A DNA stretch of 64,000 nucleotides from Nitrospirota bacterium (GTDB lineage Bacteria; Nitrospirota; Nitrospiria; 2-01-FULL-66-17): contig JBMOMC010000006.1 of the NCBI GenBank assembly GCA_049325335.1, positions 64,001 through 128,000 on the forward strand. The letters run 5' to 3'. Each line of letters begins with the position of its first letter. Within the stretch, counting starts at the first letter, position 1. Shown here one piece after another: positions 18,559 through 26,773 of this stretch. The position numbers and the translations under genes were made by a program. The notes below the pieces were generated by a model, which was not told where the DNA came from, ran no database searches, and saw only the letters and a program-made list of their open reading frames with translations.

Positions 18559-18851
18559 GCAGCCGTGAGGAAAAGCGAAAACGAATGAAGGAGTTGGCCC
18601 GCGAGTCGGCCCGACGGACTGATGACTTATTAGAAAGTGATCTTGAAGCGCTCAAGAAGGCCACCCAGTCGGACCTCGACGCCCTGCGGCCAAAGGTAAC
18701 GGATTCTGAGACATACGACCGGCTTGTGGAAGCTGTGAACGAGTCCACGCGACGAAATGAGAGCTTGGCGGAGTTGAAGGCGCGTTTGGAGAAACTTGGC
18801 GGCAGCGCTTCACAGCTCGTGAAGGAGGCGGTCAGGCTACTTCGTCCGTAG
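18555..18851 (+). CDS. Small charged helical hypothetical protein
   Basis: 98-aa ORF coupled to upstream gene, ggagg RBS. Confidence 0.6.
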   Translation: MSSREEKRKRMKELARESARRTDDLLESDLEALKKATQSDLDALRPKVTDSETYDRLVEAVNESTRRNESLAELKARLEKLGGSASQLVKEAVRLLRP

Positions 18852-18887
18852 CGACAATCCAATCTGCTCTTGGGACCGTGAGAGGAT

Positions 18888-20462
18888 TCACCGAGGAGTG
18901 TCGCCAAGATCGCTATTTTGTGAAGCACGAGGAGACCCGACGGACCCCTTTCCCATCTCCTCCTGCAAATCCCGATAGATCCGCTGATTGATCCGTTGCC
19001 ACAAGCCGAGTGGCTGGGCTTCTTTCCGGCGAAAGCGTGGCAACACTTTTGCGTAGTCCCATCCGTGCTCGATTTCCGGCTCGACCCACGAGACGCGCGC
19101 TCTTCGAGGCTCGCCACGCCAGTTGATCATTGCTTCACCGACCGCCAGTTCGTGCAGCAACGCCTCCGGCCGCACGCGCTGATCGTACATCTGCCGATGC
19201 GTCAGTGATGACGTCCGGGAATCAGTTCGCCGTGGATTGACGTAACGACTGAGGCTGATCACCTGCTCCGCGTCCGATCGCGATTCTCCCGCCGAGACCT
19301 GCGCGAACCACCGTAATTCCTGCCCGAAGAACTCAGACGCCCAGAGCGCCGACTCCAGGCTCTTAAGGCGCATAAAGACCTTCGTCTCCGTGTTCCCCAT
19401 CACGGTCTCCAGAAACCCCGTCGACAGTCCCTTCTCTCGATCCGCGAGTTGCGACGTCAGTTGGAAGGCTGCCACCACGGCCACATTTGCCTCCCGCGCC
19501 TGCTCGAACACCACGGCGAAATCGGGGAGGGCGTACGAGCCGAATTCGTCCAGCACGACCAGGCACGGCATCAACGGCCGAAAATCCTTCTCGCTGTAGA
19601 CCGCACCGATCGATGATTGCAGGTCTGTCAGGATCACTTTGCCCAGCTTCTCCGACTTCTTCGTCTCCTGTAGCCGCGGGAGCGCGGCGTAGATGATCTG
19701 GCTCTTCTTGATCGCCTGGTAGAAATCCACGTCGCTCACCGGCCGGCACAGGAAGTCTCCCATAGGCGTGCTCGAGATCGCGCCCAGTTCCGAGATCAGA
19801 CCGGAGAGCAGGTCGCTGACTTGTGCCGTGCCCTTGAACTTCCGCACGAACTTTTCCACTTCGATCAGCGAGTCTGATGCGTTATCGTTATACAGGTCTT
19901 GCTTCAAGATCCGGAACGCTTGGTCCGGTGTCTCGAAGATCGCTAGGATGTCTCGGTATGAGAACCCCCGCTTGAGATGGTGGAGCGCTCGTACCATCTT
20001 GAGAATTGCCGTGTAGGCGAGATTGGAGTAGTACGAGGCGGGGTGGCCTTCGGGGACCGAGGGCAGGAGGCGGTGGATCTTGTTGGCGATGATCCCTGCT
20101 TCGCGCTCGGCGTCGCGCGCCATCAGCGGGTTGTAGGCGTGGGAGAGTGTTGGATCCTGGGGATCGATCACCCGCAGGTCGCTTGCGCGGCCGCAGGCCT
20201 GGGCGAGCCAGGCCACCTTCGCGAAGCCGCTGTAGCGGCGCTTGCCGTCCATGAAGATTACGGCCCCGCCGCGGCGCATCTGCTGGTAGATCAGCGAGAG
20301 CAGGAAGCTCGTCTTGCCCGCGCCCGAGGAGCCGACGACCGCCATGTGCTGGGTGAGCAGGCGGTCGGGCAGCACCAGCTCCTCGCCGGTCTCGGCGTCG
20401 TAGCCGAGTGTCAGGCCCGGTCTGGGCCCGACAAAAGACGTCGCTTCAGTCCGCATCTCCAT
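18888..20462 (-). CDS. traD: Type IV coupling protein TraD/VirD4-like, lacking N-terminal TM helices
   Basis: HMAVVGSSGAGKT, IFMDGK, AYNPL, VVLDEFGSY, EQAREANV..AFQ, GNTETKVFMR. Confidence 0.85.
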   Translation of the reverse strand: MEMRTEATSFVGPRPGLTLGYDAETGEELVLPDRLLTQHMAVVGSSGAGKTSFLLSLIYQQMRRGGAVIFMDGKRRYSGFAKVAWLAQACGRASDLRVIDPQDPTLSHAYNPLMARDAEREAGIIANKIHRLLPSVPEGHPASYYSNLAYTAILKMVRALHHLKRGFSYRDILAIFETPDQAFRILKQDLYNDNASDSLIEVEKFVRKFKGTAQVSDLLSGLISELGAISSTPMGDFLCRPVSDVDFYQAIKKSQIIYAALPRLQETKKSEKLGKVILTDLQSSIGAVYSEKDFRPLMPCLVVLDEFGSYALPDFAVVFEQAREANVAVVAAFQLTSQLADREKGLSTGFLETVMGNTETKVFMRLKSLESALWASEFFGQELRWFAQVSAGESRSDAEQVISLSRYVNPRRTDSRTSSLTHRQMYDQRVRPEALLHELAVGEAMINWRGEPRRARVSWVEPEIEHGWDYAKVLPRFRRKEAQPLGLWQRINQRIYRDLQEEMGKGSVGSPRASQNSDLGDTPR

Positions 20463-20718
20463 TTTGGTCTACAACGATCCTACTCCTGAGTTTGGCGACT
20501 CCTCTGAAGATCAGCAGCGCAGCGGCTGTTTCGTCGACCAGCACGAGTGCGATGACCCACCAAGGATCCACCCAGCCGGGGATCGGCACGACGGCGCGAA
20601 AGGGAAGAAAGAACACGGTGTGTATCAGAAACAGTGCCCCACCGCCCAGAAGCCAAGGCCAACGACGGCGTTTCTGTATACGCGGAGGGGATTCCACTGA
20701 CCGCGTCTCTTCACGCAC
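20446..20718 (-). CDS. Small two-TM membrane protein overlapping both the HD gene and traD
   Basis: Two hydrophobic segments; overlaps the upstream stop by 8 nt and traD start by 17 nt. Confidence 0.6.
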   Translation of the reverse strand: MREETRSVESPPRIQKRRRWPWLLGGGALFLIHTVFFLPFRAVVPIPGWVDPWWVIALVLVDETAAALLIFRGVAKLRSRIVVDQNGDAD

Positions 20719-22237
20719 GCCGCGCTCCGCTCAACTTCACCTCGTACGGCTGGCAGCGCGTCCAGGACCGGACCGCGTCTGGGGCGAGTGCTTCCAACGC
20801 GGGCAGGGACAGGGCGGCCACGCATTTGTACGTCACACCGCTCGCGTTGATATTGAACAGCGCCGACGGATTGGCCTTCCGGCCTTGCGTGGCCTCTGCC
20901 AGGACGCCGTGCTCGCGTAGCACGTCGACCAGGAGCGGCCAAGCGGGATGGAGTTTGCCGAGCGGTCGCTGGATCGGGAGCTTTTCTTTGAGTTGCGGCG
21001 GCAGACGGTCGAGTGTCTTCTCGCGCAGCGCGTGTTCGAGTACGAAGACGGTCTCTTCCGCCGTGAACCCATCGGGATACCCGCCGCGGTGCCGGTTGAT
21101 ATTGAGATCAGCCACCGCCGCGCAGAACGCCTCCCACAGATAGGGCTTGACCCCCTCGACCTGTTGTCGGCTCTGAGACGTTTCCTGCTCGTGCGCGATC
21201 GCGTCGGCCTTGTGCATCAGCTCGAACAGGACCGAGGTGAGCGGCGGGGCCGATGTCGGGATCTCTTCGGGGTTGTGGTAGTAGCGCACGGCGCACAGCA
21301 GCGCCTCGCGGTGAGCCGGGCTGCTCTCGGTATAGAGCGCCGGCAGGCTGGAGAGGATCAAGGCCGAGATTCGATCGTGGGGCAAGCGCCGATCGATCCA
21401 GCCGCCGTCTGATCTCTCGTAGGCCAGCAGTTTCCCCAGGTCGTGGGAGAGCGCCATCAGCAGGCACAGCCGACGCTCGTCATCGGGGCGACCCTGTGCG
21501 AGGGTGGCCATGATGTCGATCGTCCTCGCCGTGTGCTCGATCAGTCCGCCTGGCACGTTGAGGTGGTCGGCCAGTGAAGCCGGCTGTTCCGGCGATGCAG
21601 CGAAGCACGCGAGAATCTGCTCGGTTCCCGGCGAGAGGAAGCCCAGCTTCTCGGCCTGGGCAGACAGCGGCGTGGATCTGGCGTTCGCCTGCGGCACGCG
21701 CAAGTCCAGCGGCTGATCCGGAGTGACGATCATCCGCGACGTGTGAGGCAAGTCGTCCGCCGAAGGTCGGCGGCGAACGGTTCGTGTTATCACCAGCGCC
21801 GCTACGACTCCGAGCACCCCGTTCAGCGCACCCAAACCGAGTGCGGTGTCCCGCATGACGATCCACCGCAAACCGTTTTCGGCCGTCCAGAGATTCCAGG
21901 TCGATCGAGCCCCGCCGAGTACTGTGTGAAGTCCGTCTCCATTGGTCCCGTGACGGACCGTGATCGCTCCCTCCAGCGCGGTCTGGTAGGCGCTCCAGGC
22001 TCCGGAGGCGTTTTCCCGCGACATGATCCCTGCGATTGCTGCACCCGCATGCATCGGGAACCACCGTGTGCCGCGCCACAGCACCTCCGCTCTCTGAGCA
22101 CTTTCTTCGACCTGGGATCGAACGACATCGCCAAACGACGCGTGTGCCGACACCGGCGCAATCACGAGTGTCATCGCGAGGGTCACAGGAGCGAGTCCGG
22201 GAGCGAGGCGAACCAACCTTGAGGACGTTTCCACCAT
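20711..22237 (-). CDS. HD-domain protein resembling MobH (TraI_2) relaxases, with N-terminal signal peptide and TM
   Basis: PASLADHLNVPGGLIEHT...ALSHDLGK...PHD...YYH...HKAD; N-terminal AHA cleavage-like site and a hydrophobic helix near aa 133-150; in operon with traD. Confidence 0.6.
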   Translation of the reverse strand: MVETSSRLVRLAPGLAPVTLAMTLVIAPVSAHASFGDVVRSQVEESAQRAEVLWRGTRWFPMHAGAAIAGIMSRENASGAWSAYQTALEGAITVRHGTNGDGLHTVLGGARSTWNLWTAENGLRWIVMRDTALGLGALNGVLGVVAALVITRTVRRRPSADDLPHTSRMIVTPDQPLDLRVPQANARSTPLSAQAEKLGFLSPGTEQILACFAASPEQPASLADHLNVPGGLIEHTARTIDIMATLAQGRPDDERRLCLLMALSHDLGKLLAYERSDGGWIDRRLPHDRISALILSSLPALYTESSPAHREALLCAVRYYHNPEEIPTSAPPLTSVLFELMHKADAIAHEQETSQSRQQVEGVKPYLWEAFCAAVADLNINRHRGGYPDGFTAEETVFVLEHALREKTLDRLPPQLKEKLPIQRPLGKLHPAWPLLVDVLREHGVLAEATQGRKANPSALFNINASGVTYKCVAALSLPALEALAPDAVRSWTRCQPYEVKLSGARRA

Positions 22238-22432
22238 CAGATCCGCTGTAGTTCCGAAGAATCAACGGGGTCTCCCCACGATACCTGCCCCATCCAAGTT
22301 CTCCTGCTCTGAATCGCGCCAAAAGACGCCCTACGCCGTCCGGTTTGCGACATCAGCCGGTCACGCGTGGTTGCTACAGTCGCGCTCACACAACGGGGCG
22401 CTGCCCCGACAACCAAGGGAGGAGGGAGAGGA

Positions 22433-22735
22433 ATGGGAGAGACACGTGGGGTGGGGCAGGTCGTAGTGTTGGCGCTGTTGGTGCTGGCCGTACTCGCGCC
22501 GACCGTGGCGCTCGCAGGCACGGCGGACACCGAGTTCCAACCGCTGTACCAGAAGTTCATCGACTGGGTGAGCGGGTATCTGGGCAAGACGCTCGCCGTG
22601 GCCGCGCTGATCGGGGGGTTGTTCATCGGCATTGTCCGCCAGAGCCCGCTGGCCGCCGTGGCCGGGGTGGCCACGGCAATCTTCGCAGCCTACGGTCCCA
22701 CCGTCATCGAAGGCCTGGTCGGCGCCACGTTCTAA
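22433..22735 (+). CDS. traA: Conjugative pilin TraA-like
   Basis: Signal ..VALA, EFQPLY...DWVSGYLGK, two hydrophobic helices; first gene before traL. Confidence 0.8.
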   Translation: MGETRGVGQVVVLALLVLAVLAPTVALAGTADTEFQPLYQKFIDWVSGYLGKTLAVAALIGGLFIGIVRQSPLAAVAGVATAIFAAYGPTVIEGLVGATF

Positions 22736-22890
22736 GCCCGTCCATGAACGGCCACCTGCTGCGTTGCCGCTGCGCTTCCGGTCCTCACGTACGCATTCAG
22801 TACGCTCCGGTCCGGTGCTCGCGGCGCCTTGCATCTGGCGCGCTCCTGAACGGGCTCAATCACCGAATACAGGACAGGTAGCAGACGATT

Positions 22891-23157
22891 ATGGAAAGTC
22901 GAATTCCAAGGCATATCGATGATCCGCCGCAATTTCTGTGGTGGGAGCTGGACGAGCTGATGTTCGTCGTCGCTGGTTTTGGCCTCGGCATCTTTCTCGA
23001 CTATCCCACCATCGGCGGTGTGCTCGGGATCGTTCTGGCCAGATTGGCCGGGAAGCAGAAATCGGGAAGGGCCGATGGCTATCTCTGGCACGCCTTGTAC
23101 TGGGTCGGCGTCGTGGCGGGCCGACCGTCGGGACACATTCGGGAGATGGTGGAGTGA
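22891..23157 (+). CDS. traL: Pilus assembly protein TraL
   Basis: IPRHIDDPPQFLWWELDE...GYLWHALYWVG. Confidence 0.9.
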   Translation: MESRIPRHIDDPPQFLWWELDELMFVVAGFGLGIFLDYPTIGGVLGIVLARLAGKQKSGRADGYLWHALYWVGVVAGRPSGHIREMVE

Positions 23158-23729
23158 GGATCGAGCGGTATCTCGCGGGACAGCGGGAGCACGGCCTGCT
23201 CAAGCTCGCGGTCCTGGCGCTGGTCCTGGGGCTGCTCGCCGAGGGCGTGCTGGTGCTCCTGATGGCGAGATCACAGCGCATCGTGCTCGTCCCGCCCGTG
23301 CTCTCGGAGCAACGCGAGATCTGGGTGAGCGACGAGGCCGCGAGCGCCGCGTACTTGGAGGATCAGACGCGGTTTCTGCTGCCGTTGCTGGCCGACGTAC
23401 ACCCCCGCAACCTGGACGCGCAGTTTGCCCTCTTTCTGCGGTACGTGGCGCCCGAGTCGTACGGCGCGGTCAAGGCGCAGTTGCTCGCCCAGGCCGAGCG
23501 CGCGCGGCGCAACGACCTCGCGCAAGTCTTCTACATCCAGGATTTCGACGTGAAAGACCAGACCGTCCGAGCGACCGGCCTCTTGCGGCGTTTCGTCGGC
23601 AAGACATCCACATCGGAGGAGGTGGCGACCTATGAAGTGCGTTACGAGATGCGGCGTGGCCGCCCTGTGGTGGTGGGCGTTGCTGTCGGCGCCCCAGGCG
23701 TGGGCGCTCCAGAGCGTGTCGGGCCATGA
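23154..23729 (+). CDS. traE: Pilus assembly protein TraE
   Basis: N-terminal TM, IVLVPP, WVS...AS..YL, V.P.N; GTGA overlap with traL. Confidence 0.85.
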   Translation: MRIERYLAGQREHGLLKLAVLALVLGLLAEGVLVLLMARSQRIVLVPPVLSEQREIWVSDEAASAAYLEDQTRFLLPLLADVHPRNLDAQFALFLRYVAPESYGAVKAQLLAQAERARRNDLAQVFYIQDFDVKDQTVRATGLLRRFVGKTSTSEEVATYEVRYEMRRGRPVVVGVAVGAPGVGAPERVGP

Positions 23730-24318
23730 CGCGGCGGTGGTGAAGGTCAGCAATCGGGACCTCAATCGCATCGCGCTGCCGTCCAAGGTCCTCAAGGCCT
23801 ACACGACCAAGCCCATCGACGTGAAGGTCGAGGGCCGCGACGTGTACGTGAAGGTGCCCGCGACCGTCACCGGGCCGATCGAGCTGTACCTGCTCACCGA
23901 AGAGGACACCTACACGCTCATGCTGGTCCCGGTTCCCGCCCCGGCCGAGACCGTGGTGATCAAGGCCGGACCTGACACCGGGCCCAGCCTAGAGGGCGAG
24001 ACTTACGTGCGGCAGATCAAGGCCCTGCTGCGAGCGATCGCGTCGGGCGTGGTTCCGAAGGGCTATGACGGGAGCACGATCGCAGAGGGTAAGGAGGCTT
24101 GCACGGTCTCGCAGTGTTCCCTCACTTCGGTGCGACGTTACGTGGGCGCGCGCCTCTCCGTCACCGAATACCGACTCACCAACCCCGGAACGGAGCCGCG
24201 CACGTATGGAGAGGCGTCATTCGACCGGCCGGGCACGCGGGCGGTAGCCATCGAGCGCCAGCCGCTCGAAGCAGGCGGGGCGACGCGGCTGTTCCGGGTC
24301 GAGGAGGTCGGGCCGTGA
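23632..24318 (+). CDS. traK: F-type secretin-like TraK
   Basis: Signal peptide, VSNRDLNRI, YTLMLVP...PAET, YV.QIK.L; position between traE and traB. Confidence 0.85.
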   Translation: MKCVTRCGVAALWWWALLSAPQAWALQSVSGHDAAVVKVSNRDLNRIALPSKVLKAYTTKPIDVKVEGRDVYVKVPATVTGPIELYLLTEEDTYTLMLVPVPAPAETVVIKAGPDTGPSLEGETYVRQIKALLRAIASGVVPKGYDGSTIAEGKEACTVSQCSLTSVRRYVGARLSVTEYRLTNPGTEPRTYGEASFDRPGTRAVAIERQPLEAGGATRLFRVEEVGP

Positions 24319-25499
24319 CGCTGCAGGAACGCGTCCGCGCGCTCGGTCGCAAGCCCCTGGTCGTGATGGGCGTCATCGCGGTCGCGATCCTGATTGTGGT
24401 TGTGCTGATCATCGGACCCGGCACTCCGCCCAGGCCAACTCCATCCAAGAAGCCGGTGGAAGTCAACGTCCTTGGCAGCGCGGACCTGGAGAAAGAGCAC
24501 TGGCGCGCGACCGCCGAGAAGGATCTCGAAGCGATCAAGATCCAGCAACGCGCGATCGAGGAACAGCTCAAGGCGCTCGCCGAGAAGGGATCGGACCGGT
24601 CTTCACGAATGACGCCGTCCCCGACGACCGAATCGGTTCGGCGCGACCCGTTCGAGCCGAGGATCAAACCGGCGCCGATCCAGTCTCCGCCCCCGGTGGC
24701 CACGGCGATGCCGATACGACCTGAGATGGCCCCGATGCCCGCGCCGTTTCCCGCCCCCGAGCCGATCCGCATCTTCGGGCCGGAGTCCGGGGTCGGATCG
24801 GCGCTCACGGCGCCCCCCTCGAGACCGGTGGAAGCTGCGCACGCCACCGGGACGGGCGAGGAGTCGGCGTACCTGCCATCCGGCAGCTTTGTCCAAGGCA
24901 TCCTGCTGTCCGGGCTCGACGCGCCAGCGGGCGTCACGGCCTCCAAGGAGCCGCACCCGGTGTTGATCAAGCTCTCGGACCTCGCCGTGTTGCCCAACCG
25001 CGCGCGTCTGGACATCAAGGACTGCTTCATCGTGGGCGAGGGGTACGGAGACCTCTCCTCCGAGCGCGCCTACGTCAGGACAACCACGCTCTCGTGCGTG
25101 AAGGCGAACGGCCGGAGCCTGGATACGCCGCTCAAGGGGTTCGTCGCGGGCGAGGACGGCAAGGTCGGGCTCCGCGGCCGCGTGGTATCAAAGCAGGGGC
25201 AGTTCCTGGCCAAGGCGCTGGTCGCCGGGTTCGCCGAGGGACTGTCGGACGTCTTCAGGCTCTCGGCCACGACCGTGAGCGTCTCGCCGCTGGGGTCCAC
25301 CCAGTCGATCGACCCCGAGCGCGCCCTGGAGGCGGGCGCGCTCTCCGGCACGGGCAGGGCCCTCGACCGTTTGGCGCAGCACTACATCAACATGGCGGAG
25401 CGGCTGTTCCCCGTGATCGAGATCGACGCGGGCCGCAAGGCCGAGGTGGTCGTCCTGCAAGGGCGTCCGCTCGAATCCATGGAGGCCAAGACCCGATGA
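24315..25499 (+). CDS. traB: TraB/VirB10-like pilus assembly protein
   Basis: TM, coiled coil, Pro-rich linker, YLPSGSF...LLSGLDA, GDLSSERAY, GEDGKVGLRG. Confidence 0.92.
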   Translation: MTLQERVRALGRKPLVVMGVIAVAILIVVVLIIGPGTPPRPTPSKKPVEVNVLGSADLEKEHWRATAEKDLEAIKIQQRAIEEQLKALAEKGSDRSSRMTPSPTTESVRRDPFEPRIKPAPIQSPPPVATAMPIRPEMAPMPAPFPAPEPIRIFGPESGVGSALTAPPSRPVEAAHATGTGEESAYLPSGSFVQGILLSGLDAPAGVTASKEPHPVLIKLSDLAVLPNRARLDIKDCFIVGEGYGDLSSERAYVRTTTLSCVKANGRSLDTPLKGFVAGEDGKVGLRGRVVSKQGQFLAKALVAGFAEGLSDVFRLSATTVSVSPLGSTQSIDPERALEAGALSGTGRALDRLAQHYINMAERLFPVIEIDAGRKAEVVVLQGRPLESMEAKTR

Positions 25500-26218
25500 A
25501 GATCGTCCAGCACGTGTTCGCACTCGTGGTGTTCACCGCGGCGGCCACACCGGCCCTCGCAGCGGAGGAGATTCCGGCCGCGGTGCGCCAGGCGCTGCCA
25601 CAGGTCGACATCGAGCGCGTCGAGGCGCGCGAGCTGGCCTCGCCACTCTACACCGTGGTGACGGCACAAGGCGTCTTCTATCTGGATGGCAGCGGCCGCT
25701 ATCTCTTCACCGGCGACCTGTACGACCTGAAGACCCAAGAGAATCTGACCCAGGCCACGCTCTCGGCGCGGCGTCGCATCACCTTCAACGATCTGCCGCT
25801 TGGAGACGCGATTCTCTACAAGAAGGGGCCGCGCCGCCTGGCGATCTTCGTGGATCCTGACTGCCCGTACTGCCGCAAGCTGCATCAAGAGCTGGGACAG
25901 CTCGACGCCACCGTATACGTCTTCCTGTATCCCCTCGCCGAACTGCATCCCCTGGCCTATCGCAAGTCCGTGTCGATCTGGTGCAGCGAGAACCGGATCG
26001 TTGCGCTCGATGCCGCGCTGGGCGGACAGGTGATCCCCGCGCGCGATTGCGAACATCCGATTGACCGTACCGTCAGCCTGGGGACGCGGCTTGGGGTCCG
26101 GGCCACGCCGACCATCGTGCTCGATGACGGGCGTTGGATTGAGGGCTACCGCTCCGCCGCCGAGCTGGCCCGGCTGCTGGGCACGGCGTCTTCAGGAGTT
26201 CCCAACACCAATCGCTGA
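25496..26218 (+). CDS. dsbC: DsbC-family thiol:disulfide isomerase
   Basis: Signal peptide, FVDPDCPYCRKLH, GVRATPT; ATGA overlap with traB. Confidence 0.9.
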   Translation: MKIVQHVFALVVFTAAATPALAAEEIPAAVRQALPQVDIERVEARELASPLYTVVTAQGVFYLDGSGRYLFTGDLYDLKTQENLTQATLSARRRITFNDLPLGDAILYKKGPRRLAIFVDPDCPYCRKLHQELGQLDATVYVFLYPLAELHPLAYRKSVSIWCSENRIVALDAALGGQVIPARDCEHPIDRTVSLGTRLGVRATPTIVLDDGRWIEGYRSAAELARLLGTASSGVPNTNR

Positions 26219-26255
26219 GGGATTCATCCACCATCTACCAAGGAGCTGTGACGCG

Positions 26256-26378
26256 ATGACCCACGATCTGTTGTATTTCGTCTTACTCCTGCTGCCTATC
26301 GCGGGACCGACCTGGTACCTGCACGTCGAAGCCAGGCAAGAGGCCGCTCGCCTTGCAAGGGAGGAACGATCGTCATGA
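26256..26378 (+). CDS. 40-aa single-TM small protein
   Basis: aggag RBS, MTHDLLYFVLLLLPIAGPTWYLH..., ATGA overlap with traV. Confidence 0.5.
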   Translation: MTHDLLYFVLLLLPIAGPTWYLHVEARQEAARLAREERSS

Positions 26379-26773
26379 GGTTCGCGGCGGCGTGCGCGTC
26401 AATCCTTGCTGCGGCGGTCCTTGCGGGTTGCGCCGCCCGCTATAGCTGTCCCGCACCCAAAGGCGTGTCGTGCAAGCCGATCTCGGAGGTGTACCGGTCC
26501 ACGCTCGGCAGCGCCACAACACCGAAGGCGGCGAAGAATGCGACGGCTCCGTCGATCCCAGCCAAGCCTCCTGCTACGCCCTCGCTCGCCGAGAGCCAGC
26601 CGCCGATCCGCTCGGCCCCCAAGATCCTGCGGGTGTGGATCGCGCCCTGGATCGATGACGAGGGCGACCTGCACCAGGAGGGGTACGTGTACGTGGTGGT
26701 CGATCACGGAGCCTGGGCGTTCGGGGTGCCTGCGACGACTCAAGAGGCGGGGAGCCGCGATGAGGCGAAGTGA
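26375..26773 (+). CDS. traV: Conjugative lipoprotein TraV
   Basis: LAGC lipobox, YSCP...GVSC, LRVWIAPWIDDEGDLH. Confidence 0.92.
   Translation: MRFAAACASILAAAVLAGCAARYSCPAPKGVSCKPISEVYRSTLGSATTPKAAKNATAPSIPAKPPATPSLAESQPPIRSAPKILRVWIAPWIDDEGDLHQEGYVYVVVDHGAWAFGVPATTQEAGSRDEAK

Noticed and set aside
23632..23729. Long traE/traK overlap (and traF/traH overlap near 50903-51012)
   Set aside because: Overlapping tails are low-complexity and start sites are uncertain; overlaps are common in tra operons
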